A stretch of DNA of 64,000 nt from an uncultured bacterium (GTDB lineage Bacteria; Oederibacteriota; PGYV01; CAWJRG01): positions 672,001 to 736,000 of the forward strand of contig CAWJRG010000010.1 of NCBI GenBank assembly GCA_963845185.1, given 5' to 3'. Below are positions 1 through 9,917 of this stretch, in pieces (the first letter of the stretch is position 1; every line of letters starts with the position of its first letter). The notes under the pieces are model-generated. The model saw only the letters and a program-made list of their open reading frames with translations, was not told the origin of the DNA and ran no database searches. A program made the position numbers and the translations under genes.

Positions 1-78
1 AAACAGGTGTGCAATTCCCCATACAGCAGTTAAAACTCCCCCGGTAATCAGCAATATTTTTCGTATCATAATTAACAT
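1..78 (-). CDS. Partial (5' end) putative membrane protein, runs off the window
   Basis: ATG at 78 with AGAGG SD; reads MLIMIRKILLITGGVLTAVWGIAHLF (hydrophobic); directly downstream of arsC. Confidence 0.6.
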   Translation of the reverse strand, partial: MLIMIRKILLITGGVLTAVWGIAHLF

Positions 79-88
79 TTCCTCCTAT

Positions 89-517
89 TTATATTGCTAG
101 AAATCCTTTTACCCATTCTACCACTTTTTTCTTAATTTCATCCCTGATTTTATTTGTGGCTTCAAGCTTCTCTTCCGGAGTTCCCTTTAGTGCCGATGGG
201 TCCGGGAATGACCAGTGCAGCCTTTGCGTCACGCCCGGGAATATGGGGCAGCGCTCGGCTGCTTCCCTGTCGCATACGGTTATGACATAGTCAAATAATC
301 TTCCCTGCTTGTAAAAATCAAAAACTGACTTGGTTTTGTTTTTTGAAATATCTATCCCGTCCTGTTGCATGCTTTTGACTGCAACAGGGTTCAAAACTCC
401 GGGCTCTATGCCAGCGCTTTCCGCAATAAACCTGTCGCCAGCAATCTTGTTAAGGTACGCTTCAGCAATCTGACTCCTTGCGCTGTTGTTGTTGCAAACG
501 AACAATACTTTTATCAT
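89..517 (-). CDS. arsC: Arsenate reductase, thioredoxin-coupled LMW-PTP family
   Basis: P-loop [21 protein letters not shown] resolving Cys pair, HWSFPDP; start moved to the ATG at 517 (GGAGG SD at 526-530). Confidence 0.9.
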   Translation of the reverse strand: MIKVLFVCNNNSARSQIAEAYLNKIAGDRFIAESAGIEPGVLNPVAVKSMQQDGIDISKNKTKSVFDFYKQGRLFDYVITVCDREAAERCPIFPGVTQRLHWSFPDPSALKGTPEEKLEATNKIRDEIKKKVVEWVKGFLAI

Positions 518-639
518 ATTCTTAACCTCCTGAAGAGATATTCCGGAAGTATTGCACATGCTGGTACTTCAAAAGTAAATCGGTGAAATCTTTTTATCCA
601 TTCTTACATTTTGAACAATTTTTCTGATAAATTTATCCT

Positions 640-1593
640 TCACTTACCCTGTTCCGCAGCTTTGTCAATAGGATATCCGGCTTTCTCCCACTGCGACAGC
701 GCGTTGTTAAAAATATGGATTTTTTTATATCCGGCTTTGAACAATTTTTCTGCGGCTTTTGAGGCGTTTCCGTTAAAAAACCCGCGGCAATAAACTACAA
801 TTGGTTTTTGGCTTAAAATTGCGCTATAACTTTGCAGCATATCCCCGGTTTTATCGGCAGGTATTGAATAAGCCCACTTTATTCGCATTTTATTGAATTT
901 ATCCGCATCATCTGCATCTATAAAATTGGCAAGGTCGTTATCGTAAAGAAACTTCGCTTCGGTCAGTGTCAATTTTTTTACAGCACCGGCTGATGCGGCT
1001 TCATCGAAAAGATATTTATATTCAGCAGGCGGCTCATATTTTTGTACCGGCATATTTGCCTGCGTCCATTCCGGCCATCCGCCAAAAAATATGCAAATTT
1101 TCCTGTAGCCCGCGTCAAACAGGGCGGCTGCAACTTTATCGGACAGATGGCATCCGGTTCCGTGGCAGTAAGTTACGAGTACTTTATCCTGCAATTTGTC
1201 TTTTAACAACGGTATTTTTGTGGCTGCTTCGCTTGCTCCCATGGATTCCGAGCCTGGTATATGAGAAATATTGTACTCGCCGATACCCCTCGCGTCTATA
1301 AACAGCGCTTTGCCGCTTTCATACAAGACCTTTGCTTCTTTCAGATGGATTTTAGGTATTGTCTCTTTGGTCTTTGATTCCGCAAAAAGATATTTATATT
1401 TAGCAGGTATTTTATAATTTATTTTAGGCTTGAGCGCGGAAGCTGCCGTCTGTTGGTTAGAGTCCTGCTGAACCTTGATAACCGGCGGTGAAGGCTGATT
1501 ATTATCCGCTTTGATTACTTCCGAATTGACAAGTAAAGACACAGTTAAAAAAGCAGAGGTAACAAATACTTTAAAATATACTTTTCCAATCAT
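640..1593 (-). CDS. Exported tandem rhodanese-domain protein
   Basis: Signal peptide; two rhodanese domains (FIDAR..HIPG, YCHGTGC, GGWPEW; YCRG..WEKAGYP). Confidence 0.85.
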   Translation of the reverse strand: MIGKVYFKVFVTSAFLTVSLLVNSEVIKADNNQPSPPVIKVQQDSNQQTAASALKPKINYKIPAKYKYLFAESKTKETIPKIHLKEAKVLYESGKALFIDARGIGEYNISHIPGSESMGASEAATKIPLLKDKLQDKVLVTYCHGTGCHLSDKVAAALFDAGYRKICIFFGGWPEWTQANMPVQKYEPPAEYKYLFDEAASAGAVKKLTLTEAKFLYDNDLANFIDADDADKFNKMRIKWAYSIPADKTGDMLQSYSAILSQKPIVVYCRGFFNGNASKAAEKLFKAGYKKIHIFNNALSQWEKAGYPIDKAAEQGK

Positions 1594-1619
1594 GTTTTGC
1601 TCCTTTAATTTTTCTTTAT

Positions 1620-2280
1620 TTAATTGCCTATCTTTCCATTTATAATCCTTATTACCCTATCGGCTGATTCTGATATTTTCGGGTCGTGGGATACAACTAC
1701 AACGGTTTTACCCTGGGTCTTTATGTCTTTCAGCATTGATATTACCTGTATGGCATTATCCGGGTCAAGATTGCCGGTAGGCTCGTCTGCAAGTATTATC
1801 TCGGGGTCTTTTATCAGTGCCCTTGCAGAGCGCCGCCCTTTGCTGTTCCCCCACGCTCAATTCTCCGGGTAAATGTCCTGCCCTGTGTGGGATATTCATT
1901 TTTTCAATTACAGCCGTTATCCGGCTCTTATCGATACTGACGGGTTTTGACAAACCAAGCGCCAGTTCTATGTTTTCAAAAATCGTAAGATAAGGTATTA
2001 AATTAAATGTCTGGAATAAAAATCCTATATATTTCGCTCTCCATGCGGCCCTTTTTTTTCTGTTCCATTCGTATATAGATGAGTTGTTCCATTTGACCTT
2101 GCCTTCCTCCGGGGCGCTCATTCCTCCCAGGGCAAGAAGCAACGTACTCTTACCGCTTCCGCTCGGTCCGGTTATTGCCAAAAATTCGCCATTTTTTATT
2201 TCAAACGAGGCGTTGTCAACGGCTGTTACCTTTCCATGCTTGTGTTGAAAAATTTTTGTTATATTAATTGCGCTAAGCAT
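1620..2280 (-). pseudogene. LolD/MacB-type ABC ATPase with a one-base frameshift near 1827
   Basis: GPSGSGKST and LSVGEQQR, then an extra base; the shifted frame gives ARALIKDPEIILADEPTGNLD...VSHD..IINGKIGN and stops at 1620. Confidence 0.85.
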
Positions 2281-2282
2281 AA

Positions 2283-3488
2283 TTAATCCTCTCTTATTAT
2301 AGAATATGGGTCGACCCTTATTGCGTTCAATACCGGGACAAAAGCAGCGGCAGCTGACACTATTAAAGACAGCACCGCCACTATTAAACCCAATAAGGGA
2401 ATTGGTCTTGCTTCTATTCCGGCTATTGCCTGTCCCAGCAGCATTGCGATAACCGAACCAAGAATAAAACCGGTCACCGCGCCTGAAAATCCAATTATCA
2501 GGGCTTTGGATATAAACAGCTTTGCGACGAACCGGTCGTCCGCGCCCATCGAAGTCAGGATGCCGATTTCTTTTCTGCGCTCATAAACGTCGTCAAACAT
2601 GAAATTTGCGATGCTTGCAGCGCCCATTAAAAGTACTATTATTATCAGGATATTTGAGATGCCATTCATTATCTTATTTGTATTTATCTGCGTAGCTACT
2701 ATCTGGCTTATGGTCACGACTTTCGCGTCTGGAAGAGCCTTATTAATTTTGGCTATAAGCCCGGTCGATATTGCCGAACAGCATCCTTCTATTTCTATGG
2801 CGCTTAACACCTGTTTTTTATTAAAGAGGTGCTGCATGGTTTTTAAATGTATAAATATCCTGGCGTCATCTGTGGTACCTGTCTGCGGAAGCACCTGCAT
2901 TACCGTAAATGTTTCGCCTTTAATTTTAAACCGGCTGTTTTCTTTAATCTTCAACCTGGAAGCGACGTCATAGCCTACAAGAGCCTGAAATTTGCCAAGG
3001 TCGCTTATGACCCTGTTCTTTTTATTGTCCACGTTGCCGGGAACCACGAACCCGGGCGCACAGCCTTTGGGCTTTGTAAATAATCCGACCGCTCCGGCCC
3101 AGACTGATTTTGATTTAAATTCATTGAGCGGCAGTATTCCCGTCGCAATTACCCTCATGCCTTCCACTTCTGTTTTGACATTCAGTTTTGGCGAGATATT
3201 ATCAAGCCCCTCCATTCCTGAATTTGTAAGCTTTGATATATACACTTCCGGAATTTCATCCTCCTGCAAATCCGCCTGGTAATAATCCTGCACGGTGGCG
3301 GATTTTGGAAGTATAAGAATATTGGCGCCAAGCGTGTCAAGCTCGGAGGATATTTTATTTTCAGAATAAAACGATATGGTTTTTATCGCAACAATGACCG
3401 CTACTCCCAGCGCAACCGCCAGTAATCCCGAAAAAAGCCTGTTTTTTTTCAAAAATATTTCTTTTAAAAGCATTCCTGATATTTTCAT
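2283..3488 (-). CDS. ABC transporter permease, FtsX/MacB family
   Basis: N-terminal TM, large periplasmic domain, VYERRKEIGIL..MGA motif, three C-terminal TMs. Confidence 0.9.
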   Translation of the reverse strand: MKISGMLLKEIFLKKNRLFSGLLAVALGVAVIVAIKTISFYSENKISSELDTLGANILILPKSATVQDYYQADLQEDEIPEVYISKLTNSGMEGLDNISPKLNVKTEVEGMRVIATGILPLNEFKSKSVWAGAVGLFTKPKGCAPGFVVPGNVDNKKNRVISDLGKFQALVGYDVASRLKIKENSRFKIKGETFTVMQVLPQTGTTDDARIFIHLKTMQHLFNKKQVLSAIEIEGCCSAISTGLIAKINKALPDAKVVTISQIVATQINTNKIMNGISNILIIIVLLMGAASIANFMFDDVYERRKEIGILTSMGADDRFVAKLFISKALIIGFSGAVTGFILGSVIAMLLGQAIAGIEARPIPLLGLIVAVLSLIVSAAAAFVPVLNAIRVDPYSIIRED

Positions 3489-3504
3489 TGATTATCTCAC
3501 TTTC

Positions 3505-4248
3505 CTAGTGATGGCAGCAGCTGCCGCCGCTGCAGGCTTTAATGCCTGTTAATAATTGATCTTTGTTTGTTTTACCCTTATACACGCCGCCTATTCTTCC
3601 CGGAGGCACGATCATAACGATGGTTGCTTCCGTGATTGGCCCTGTTATTGTAGACTTTGTGATGAATTCCTTGCTGGCCGCATCGTCAGGGTCGATGTAA
3701 ATAGTCTCCACAGCGCCCATGAGGTTCTTTATCTTCGCAAAATCCTCAGCCGCTTTTGTCGATTCTTTGTTGTATTTTGTGCCGCTGTTTTGGAGCATCA
3801 CAAGCGCAAGCTTTCCTTCCTCCATGATTTTTAAAATATTCAAAACAGTCTGGCCCGGGAAACTTTTTTCAAGCTGTTCATCCGATACCTGCTGCGGAAA
3901 TCCGCCTGTTACCACGCCGTTTGGCGCAAAAACAAGCAACAAAGGCATAGGTGTGCCCGTTACCCTGTATTTTGCTATTATTTCCGCTTCTTTTGTGTCG
4001 CTTATCTTTGCCCTGTAAATCAAAGGTTTGTCCATACCGTCTTTTTTAAAAGCTTTTATTTTTTCATTCATTACTTTGTACAAGCTGTCTTTTTTTTCAT
4101 AAAAAATTACAAATACCCATTGATTTTTTGCCTGAGCTTCGCTTATTGCCTCCTGCGCGCTTTGCGGCGCCGCGGCAATATTACGTGATAAAAACATTAG
4201 GGTAAAAAAAACTGATAACTGCAATAAAATTGAATATGTTCTCTTCAT
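3505..4248 (-). CDS. Exported protein, possibly thioredoxin-like fold, with Cys/His tail
   Basis: Start MKRTYS at 4248 with AAGGAG SD; signal peptide; ends ACSGGSCCHH. Confidence 0.7.
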   Translation of the reverse strand: MKRTYSILLQLSVFFTLMFLSRNIAAAPQSAQEAISEAQAKNQWVFVIFYEKKDSLYKVMNEKIKAFKKDGMDKPLIYRAKISDTKEAEIIAKYRVTGTPMPLLLVFAPNGVVTGGFPQQVSDEQLEKSFPGQTVLNILKIMEEGKLALVMLQNSGTKYNKESTKAAEDFAKIKNLMGAVETIYIDPDDAASKEFITKSTITGPITEATIVMIVPPGRIGGVYKGKTNKDQLLTGIKACSGGSCCHH

Positions 4249-4264
4249 TTTTTCTCCTTTGGTT

Positions 4265-4471
4265 TTATGGTTTTTTATAATAATAATTAACCAGGGGAAT
4301 GATAATGTTGTCGTTATCAACGCAGGTACAATTAGGTCCGCATAAAACAAATAATGGCTTTACTTTTGTTTCCAGTTTTGGCGTCTTTTCTGCGCAACCT
4401 TGATAAAATAATGTTAATAGCAGTATTAAAATCCACTTTATTAAACGTATGTAAATCCCTATGTTTTTCAT
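4265..4471 (-). CDS. Small putative lipoprotein with CxxxCxC motif
   Basis: AGGAG SD; lipobox-like YQGC; LCGPNCTC; fills the operon gap. Confidence 0.55.
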   Translation of the reverse strand: MKNIGIYIRLIKWILILLLTLFYQGCAEKTPKLETKVKPLFVLCGPNCTCVDNDNIIIPLVNYYYKKP

Positions 4472-4494
4472 TTTTCTCCTTCTGGTATTTTAAT

Positions 4495-5841
4495 TTAAAC
4501 TTTTTTCATCCAGTCCTGGCCTGCCATCTGCACAGGGTCCCACGGCGTGCTCAAAGGCGGCGTATAGCTCAGGTCAAGGCTGCTTAAGGCGCTTATCGTC
4601 ATTGAATTATAAATGGCCGCAGCCGCTATGTCTATCCTTTTTGAAATCTCTGCTGTCCTGCTCCCTATCATCTGGAACCCCAGGAGCCTGCCTGTTTTCC
4701 TGTCGCCTGTCATCCTTATTGAAATTTTTGTCGCGCTAGGATAATAGACCTTGTGGTCCCACGCCTCAAACTCGGACGTAAAAGGTTCAAACCCTGCGCC
4801 TGTCGCCTCCCTGTCGTTCAACCCTGTCCTTGCCATGACCATGTCGAACAATTTCAATGACTGGGTGCCAAGTGTGCCTTCGAATTTAACATTATTGCCG
4901 AGCGCATTTTCTCCCGCTATCCTGCCCTGCTTGTGCGATATGGTGCCCAGCGGCAGGTAAACATATTTCTGAGTTATTCTGTTCCATGTTTCCACGCAGT
5001 CCCCTGCCGCGAAAATATCCGGAATATTTGTTTCCATTTTCCTGTTTACGATAATTGCGTTTTTTTGGTCTGTTTTGACCCCGGCTTCCATAGCGAGCTT
5101 TGTGTTCGGCACTGCGCCTGTCGCTATTAATACAAGGTCAGTGGAGGCGGAAAAGCCATTACTTCCCGTGACATCCAGTTTTTTGTTGTTTTGTTTTATT
5201 GCCGATACCGATACGCCTGTAAAAACCTTTGCGCCTTTTTCTTCGAGCTTTGCCATGACAAGGTTTCCAAGCTGGACGTCCATGGTCGGCAGCACCGTGT
5301 TTAAGAACTCGACTACGGTTATTCCAATGCCGCGGTTGAGCAAAGCCTCGGACATTTCAATGCCTATATATCCTGCGCCTATGATAACCGCGTTTTGGGG
5401 CTTATTCTTTTCCATGTACTCCTTGAAAGCGACTGATTCCCCTATCCAGCGAATATAAAATACGCCGGGCAGGTCCCTGCCCTCTATTGGAGGCACAGCT
5501 GATGTTGCGCCTGTGCCTATGACAAGGCGGTCGTATTTTATTTCCATGGGCTTGCCGTCTTTTGGCGCGGCATATATTTTCTTTTCTTCCGGTAAAATTT
5601 TTGTGACAACCGTGTCCAGGAGCAGCTTTATACCCGTGCCTTCTATCTCGGCCCGCGTTCTGTGCGCGAGAGTCCTCCAGTCCTTAATCTCATCTCCTAT
5701 ATAAAAAGGTATGCCGCATATGCTGAAATTTGGGAACTCATCTGATGTAATTATCAAGGGCTCTATTGTCTTGTCCAGCTCGCGTATCCTGAGCGCAGCG
5801 CTTATGCCCGCGTCGCTACCACCTATAATTACAATTTTCAT
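4495..5841 (-). CDS. CoA-disulfide reductase / NADH oxidase family flavoprotein
   Basis: GGSDAG, FSICGIP redox Cys, GAGYIG, AAGDC, LSYTPPLS. Confidence 0.85.
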   Translation of the reverse strand: MKIVIIGGSDAGISAALRIRELDKTIEPLIITSDEFPNFSICGIPFYIGDEIKDWRTLAHRTRAEIEGTGIKLLLDTVVTKILPEEKKIYAAPKDGKPMEIKYDRLVIGTGATSAVPPIEGRDLPGVFYIRWIGESVAFKEYMEKNKPQNAVIIGAGYIGIEMSEALLNRGIGITVVEFLNTVLPTMDVQLGNLVMAKLEEKGAKVFTGVSVSAIKQNNKKLDVTGSNGFSASTDLVLIATGAVPNTKLAMEAGVKTDQKNAIIVNRKMETNIPDIFAAGDCVETWNRITQKYVYLPLGTISHKQGRIAGENALGNNVKFEGTLGTQSLKLFDMVMARTGLNDREATGAGFEPFTSEFEAWDHKVYYPSATKISIRMTGDRKTGRLLGFQMIGSRTAEISKRIDIAAAAIYNSMTISALSSLDLSYTPPLSTPWDPVQMAGQDWMKKV

Positions 5842-5874
5842 GCAATCCTCCAATAATTGTATTTTTCGGATATA

Positions 5875-6735
5875 TCACCCGTATACTCCGAACCTGATGT
5901 TGTTCTTTCCGTGATTTTTTGCTTCATACATAAGGCTATCCGCTGCTTTTATCATCTCGTCTATGCTTTTAGGCGGTTTCGTCAAAGTAAGTACCCCGGC
6001 GCTGAAAGTTAACGGGTAGCCGGATTTCTTCATTTCCTCGCGGATAATTTCCCCAAGATGTTTTAAAAACGGTTGTACCGAATCCGCGCCCATTTCAGGC
6101 AGGAGAATCACGAATTCATCCCCGCCAAGCCTTGCCAAAGCGTCGGTTCTCCTTATATTGGACCTTACGATGTTTGCCACTGTAATCACGAGCCTGTCGC
6201 CTTCCAGGTGCCCCATCGTGTCGTTTACTTTCTTGAAATCGTCTATGTCCATGTAAATAATTGTCAGGGGTTTGTTGTACCTTTGTATCCTGTTTATTTC
6301 TATAGCCGCGTAATTATAAAATGCCCTTGCGTTTGATGCCTTTGTCAGGAAGTCTTCCATTGCCGATTCTTTCTGCCTTTTGATTTCCTTCTTAAATTCA
6401 ACAAGCATAAATGTAAAAATACCGCAGAATATAAACCCGGTTACCGCGCTCCATACTGGGATAAAATAGCCTCCCTTTTAGCTGATTTCCAGTTTGTCCG
6501 CAAAAAATAGCGTTACGGCAATTAAAACCGAAATAGCCAGCCCTGTTTTTTTACCCGTGAACCACGCCGTGATCCCTACGGGAATGAGGAAAAATATTAT
6601 AAAAGGCAGGTCAGTGCCTGTCTTCACGTCGAACCAGCGGTCCACAAACCCCAGAAATACTGCTAAAACCGCCGAAAATGTGAATATAACCGCTTTGACG
6701 GTTATGGAATCTGTTTTTATGCCGCTAAAATTCAT
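5875..6735 (-). pseudogene. Membrane diguanylate cyclase interrupted by an in-frame TAA at 6478-6480
   Basis: TM ORF 6478..6735 and GGDEF ORF 5875..6408 are in the same frame, joined by KGGYFIPVWSAVTGFIFCGIFTF; DIDDFKKVND and RLGGDEF intact. Confidence 0.8.
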
Positions 6736-6758
6736 GGCAGCTCCTTTAATTATATTTT

Positions 6759-7799
6759 TTACAGGAAACTTTTTTTCATTGCCAGCGCCGCGTTTACAAG
6801 AAGTATGAGCGCAGGCACTTCCACGAGCGGGCCTATGACTGTAGCAAAAGCCTGTCCCGAACTTATGCCAAAAAGCGCAACAGACACTGCTATTGCCAGC
6901 TCAAAATCATTGCTCGCTGCCGTGAACGCTATGGTCGCGCACTTTTCATAAGGCGCACCTGCCTTTTTTGCCAGGAAAAAAGCCGCGAACCACATGATGC
7001 CGAAATAAAAGACAAGCGGTATGGCTACCCTGAGGACGTCCATGGGAAGCGAAATAATTGCCCCGCCCTTGAAAGTAAACATTACAATTATTGTAAAAAG
7101 TAGCGCAAAAAGTGTTATGGGCGAAACTGCTTTTACAAACCCATTGTCGTATTTTTCCGCGCCAATTATCGGCCTCAGTGTTATACGAGTAATAAAACCC
7201 GCGGCAAAAGGAATGCCGAGGTATATGAGCACGCTTTTTGCCGCTTCCCACATGGAAATATTTACATTGATTCCTTTGACAAGCCCTGTCAGGTTAAGGA
7301 AAAAACTGACAAAGAACCATATATATACGGAATAAAAAAGCACCTGGAATATTGCGTTAAAACCGACAAGGCCAACAGCCAGTTCGCGGTCACCGCCCGC
7401 AAGCTCGTTCCATACTATAACCATGGCTATACACCGTGCCAGCCCCACCATAATAAGCCCTATCATAAGCTCAGGCCTATCATGCAGGAAAAGCACTGCA
7501 AGCCCGGTCATAAGCACAGGGCCTATTACCCAGTTAAGGACAAGGGAAAGCGAAAGGAGTTTTTTATTGCTGAAAACAAGCCCCATTTCCCCGTAGCGCA
7601 CCCTCGTAAACGGCGGGTACATCATGAGCATGAGCCCGATGGCAATAGGGATGGAGGTCGTGCCTATATTGAATTTGCTTATGAACCCGGTTGCCTGCGG
7701 CCAGAAATATCCTATTGCCACGCCCGCGCCTATTGCCATGAAAATCCATAAGGTCAAAAATCTGTCAACAAATGATAATTTTTTGATTGTTGTTTCCAT
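6759..7799 (-). CDS. acr3: Arsenite efflux transporter ACR3
   Basis: [42 protein letters not shown]. Confidence 0.95.
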   Translation of the reverse strand: METTIKKLSFVDRFLTLWIFMAIGAGVAIGYFWPQATGFISKFNIGTTSIPIAIGLMLMMYPPFTRVRYGEMGLVFSNKKLLSLSLVLNWVIGPVLMTGLAVLFLHDRPELMIGLIMVGLARCIAMVIVWNELAGGDRELAVGLVGFNAIFQVLFYSVYIWFFVSFFLNLTGLVKGINVNISMWEAAKSVLIYLGIPFAAGFITRITLRPIIGAEKYDNGFVKAVSPITLFALLFTIIVMFTFKGGAIISLPMDVLRVAIPLVFYFGIMWFAAFFLAKKAGAPYEKCATIAFTAASNDFELAIAVSVALFGISSGQAFATVIGPLVEVPALILLVNAALAMKKSFL

Positions 7800-8162
7800 C
7801 TATTTATCCTGGCTGCGGAATTTCATGCAGCATTCTGCTTTCTTCTTAATAACAATTTTTGCTTTCTTTAAATCTTTGCCCAGTGTCTTATCCGCCCGTG
7901 TCAATGCCCTGGCGAATTTTGATATTGCCCTACCTGGATCGTCTTTAACTGCTGAATAGTGTATCCAGAGACCGTCTTTCCTGTCTTTCACAAGCCCTGA
8001 ATTCTTCAGCAGCCCGAGTGCCCTGGAAGCATGTGTCTGGGATATTTTAAGAGTATCCATGATGTGGCAAACGCAAAGCTCGCCTTTTTCCGAAAGCAGC
8101 CTGTAGATGCGCAGCCTTGTTTCGTCCCCCAGCGCCCTGAATGCCTTGATTGCCTGTTCCAT
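7800..8162 (-). CDS. arsR: ArsR/SmtB family repressor
   Basis: FRALGDETRLRI, ELCVCHI, SQTHASRAL; C-terminal CC. Confidence 0.92.
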   Translation of the reverse strand: MEQAIKAFRALGDETRLRIYRLLSEKGELCVCHIMDTLKISQTHASRALGLLKNSGLVKDRKDGLWIHYSAVKDDPGRAISKFARALTRADKTLGKDLKKAKIVIKKKAECCMKFRSQDK

Positions 8163-8177
8163 ATTAAATACTCCTTT

Positions 8178-8227
8178 TAAAGTATATTTGATTTTACAAA
8201 TATACTTTATTAAGAGTTATTTGTCAA
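8178..8227 (-). promoter_or_regulatory. sigma70 promoter with overlapping ArsR-type operator
   Basis: TTGACA (8227-8222)-N17-TATATT (8204-8199); perfect 13-6-13 inverted repeat TAAAGTATATTTG/CAAATATACTTTA at 8178-8209. Confidence 0.8.
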
Positions 8228-8243
8228 GTTATTTAAATCCGAA

Positions 8244-8744
8244 TTAAAGTTTCCCGTACAAATCCATTGCCCAGGATTTTATCGTTTCCCAGTTTATGTA
8301 GTCCTGGTCTTTCATTTTCGCCATCTTCTCAAATATAAAACGCGCAAAAAATCCAAGTTTCGCCAGTTCCACTTTACCGGCAAACAACCCCTCACTTACG
8401 GGCTTGACCACGGCTTTTATCGGTTCCAGCCACGAGCTTACCTTTATTCTGTTTTCCGGCGTATCGTCTTTCATTGTCAGGCACACCACAAAAAGCGCCA
8501 CAGGAACTTTGTTTAACGCTTCCTTATAACGGCTAACAAAACTCTTTACTGACCCTTTTATATGCCCTGCTCTGATATTTGTTCCTATAACAACCGCGTC
8601 ATATCCCGCAATATTCTTTATTTTCTCAACAGGATTTACCTCGACAAGAGCTCCTTTTTCCGCCAGTATTTTTCCTATGAAATCCGAAACTTCGGCAGTT
8701 GAACCCGCGCTCGACCCAAAAGCTACAAGAATTTTTTTTGGCAT
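8244..8744 (-). CDS. Flavodoxin-domain protein (HemG-like)
   Basis: ILVAFGSSAGSTAEV, YDAVVIG, VALFVVCL, FAGK, DYINWETIKSW. Confidence 0.85.
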   Translation of the reverse strand: MPKKILVAFGSSAGSTAEVSDFIGKILAEKGALVEVNPVEKIKNIAGYDAVVIGTNIRAGHIKGSVKSFVSRYKEALNKVPVALFVVCLTMKDDTPENRIKVSSWLEPIKAVVKPVSEGLFAGKVELAKLGFFARFIFEKMAKMKDQDYINWETIKSWAMDLYGKL

Positions 8745-8818
8745 TTTTCCTCCTTTTGCATATTTTTTGTATTTCTGCTTCCAATTATACTATACTTTCC
8801 ATCAATATCTTATGAAAT

Positions 8819-8895
8819 AAAAAAAGGGCCCCGTTTTTGATGAGTGTTCTTTAAATAGGGAGAGAGAGGATTTTGGAGGGTGCGGAGCCCTTTTT
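8819..8895 (-). terminator. Terminator-like stem with an unusually large pyrimidine-rich loop after phoU
   Basis: - strand AAAAAGGGCTCCG...CGGGGCCCTTTTTTT. Confidence 0.6.
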
Positions 8896-8932
8896 ATGAA
8901 TAACCAAAATTAAATATTCAGAAATTTTTAAG

Positions 8933-9628
8933 CTATTTTAAATTATTTTCGCCCTTATGCCCTGAATCATCCAAAATTTCGTCCTTGTGGTGCTTTATTA
9001 CCCTGCCTTCAACCATGAAAATCACGTCTTCTGCAATGTTTGTGGCAAGGTCAGCAAGGCGCTCCAAGTCGCGCGATATCCTCAGCACGTGTAAAGATGC
9101 CGTGATGCCTGCCGGGTTTTCTCCCATTGACTTGATTGACTCCTGCAGAATATGGTCTCCTATCTCATCAACCGCGTCGTCCCTTTCGCAGACGTCTTTT
9201 GCAGTCTTCGGGTCGTTGTTTATAAAAGAATTTATGCTGTCTTTCAGCATGTACTCTGCAAGCGAGCTCATTTTTTCAAGGTCGTCAAGGTGCTCCACAT
9301 CACGCCTGCCTGCGAGGAAAAGGTTGCTCTGGCATACATTTACCGCCATATCTCCTATTCTCTCGAGGTCGTTGTTTATTTTCAGCACCATGAGTATTGT
9401 CCTCATGTCAATTGCCTTTGGGCTGAACTGGGCTATGAGCACAAAGCAGTTTTCCTCTATCACCAGTTCCCTGCTGTTTGCTATGGGCTCGTCTTTTTGT
9501 ATCACTCCGAGCAGCATGCCCTTGTCGTTTTTTAAAAGGCCCTTGACGCTTTTGTTAATCATGTCATCCACAAACAGCGCGTATTCCACGAGCATTTTTT
9601 TCAGGTCATTTATCTTTTCTTCAAACAT
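8933..9628 (-). CDS. phoU: Phosphate signalling protein PhoU
   Basis: DLERIGDMAVN and DLERLADLATNIAE; follows pstB. Confidence 0.95.
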   Translation of the reverse strand: MFEEKINDLKKMLVEYALFVDDMINKSVKGLLKNDKGMLLGVIQKDEPIANSRELVIEENCFVLIAQFSPKAIDMRTILMVLKINNDLERIGDMAVNVCQSNLFLAGRRDVEHLDDLEKMSSLAEYMLKDSINSFINNDPKTAKDVCERDDAVDEIGDHILQESIKSMGENPAGITASLHVLRISRDLERLADLATNIAEDVIFMVEGRVIKHHKDEILDDSGHKGENNLK

Positions 9629-9641
9629 TATTTTCCTCCTT

Positions 9642-9737
9642 GCAAGAGTTTATTTTGCAAACCTAAGGGTGCAGCAAAATATTACTCTTGCATGCACCCG
9701 CTCAAGCCCGAGGCTACAAGCCGAGGGCAAGAGGTGC
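9642..9737 (-). repeat. Two-hairpin structured element, copy 1 (abuts phoU SD)
   Basis: GCACCTCTTGCCC..GGGCTTGAGCGGGTGC + GCAAGAGT-AA-TATTTTGC..GCAAAATA-A-ACTCTTGC. Confidence 0.8.
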
Positions 9738-9740
9738 TTA

Positions 9741-9900
9741 AATTCCGTTTACTTTGCCAAGCCGTCGAAGGCAGTCAAATAGTCCTGTGGACTATTTGGC
9801 GGGTAGTTACCATAAGTCATCATATAAAAGCTACCCAACAAAATCTTACGGAGTCTTGCACCCGCTCCAGCCCGAGGCTACAGCCGAGGGCAAGAGGTGC
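9741..9900 (-). repeat. Two-hairpin structured element, copy 2, with nested module B
   Basis: Same hairpin 1; hairpin 2 GACTCCGT-AA-GATTTTGT..GCAAAGTA-A-ACGGAATT enclosing GGGTAG..CTACCC + CAAATAGTCCACAGGACTATTTG. Confidence 0.8.
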
Positions 9901-9917
9901 TGATTATCTTGCCTTTA

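Noticed and set aside
6478..6480. Selenocysteine or pyrrolysine recoding
   Set aside because: The stop is TAA, which ends many genes here; not TGA or TAG
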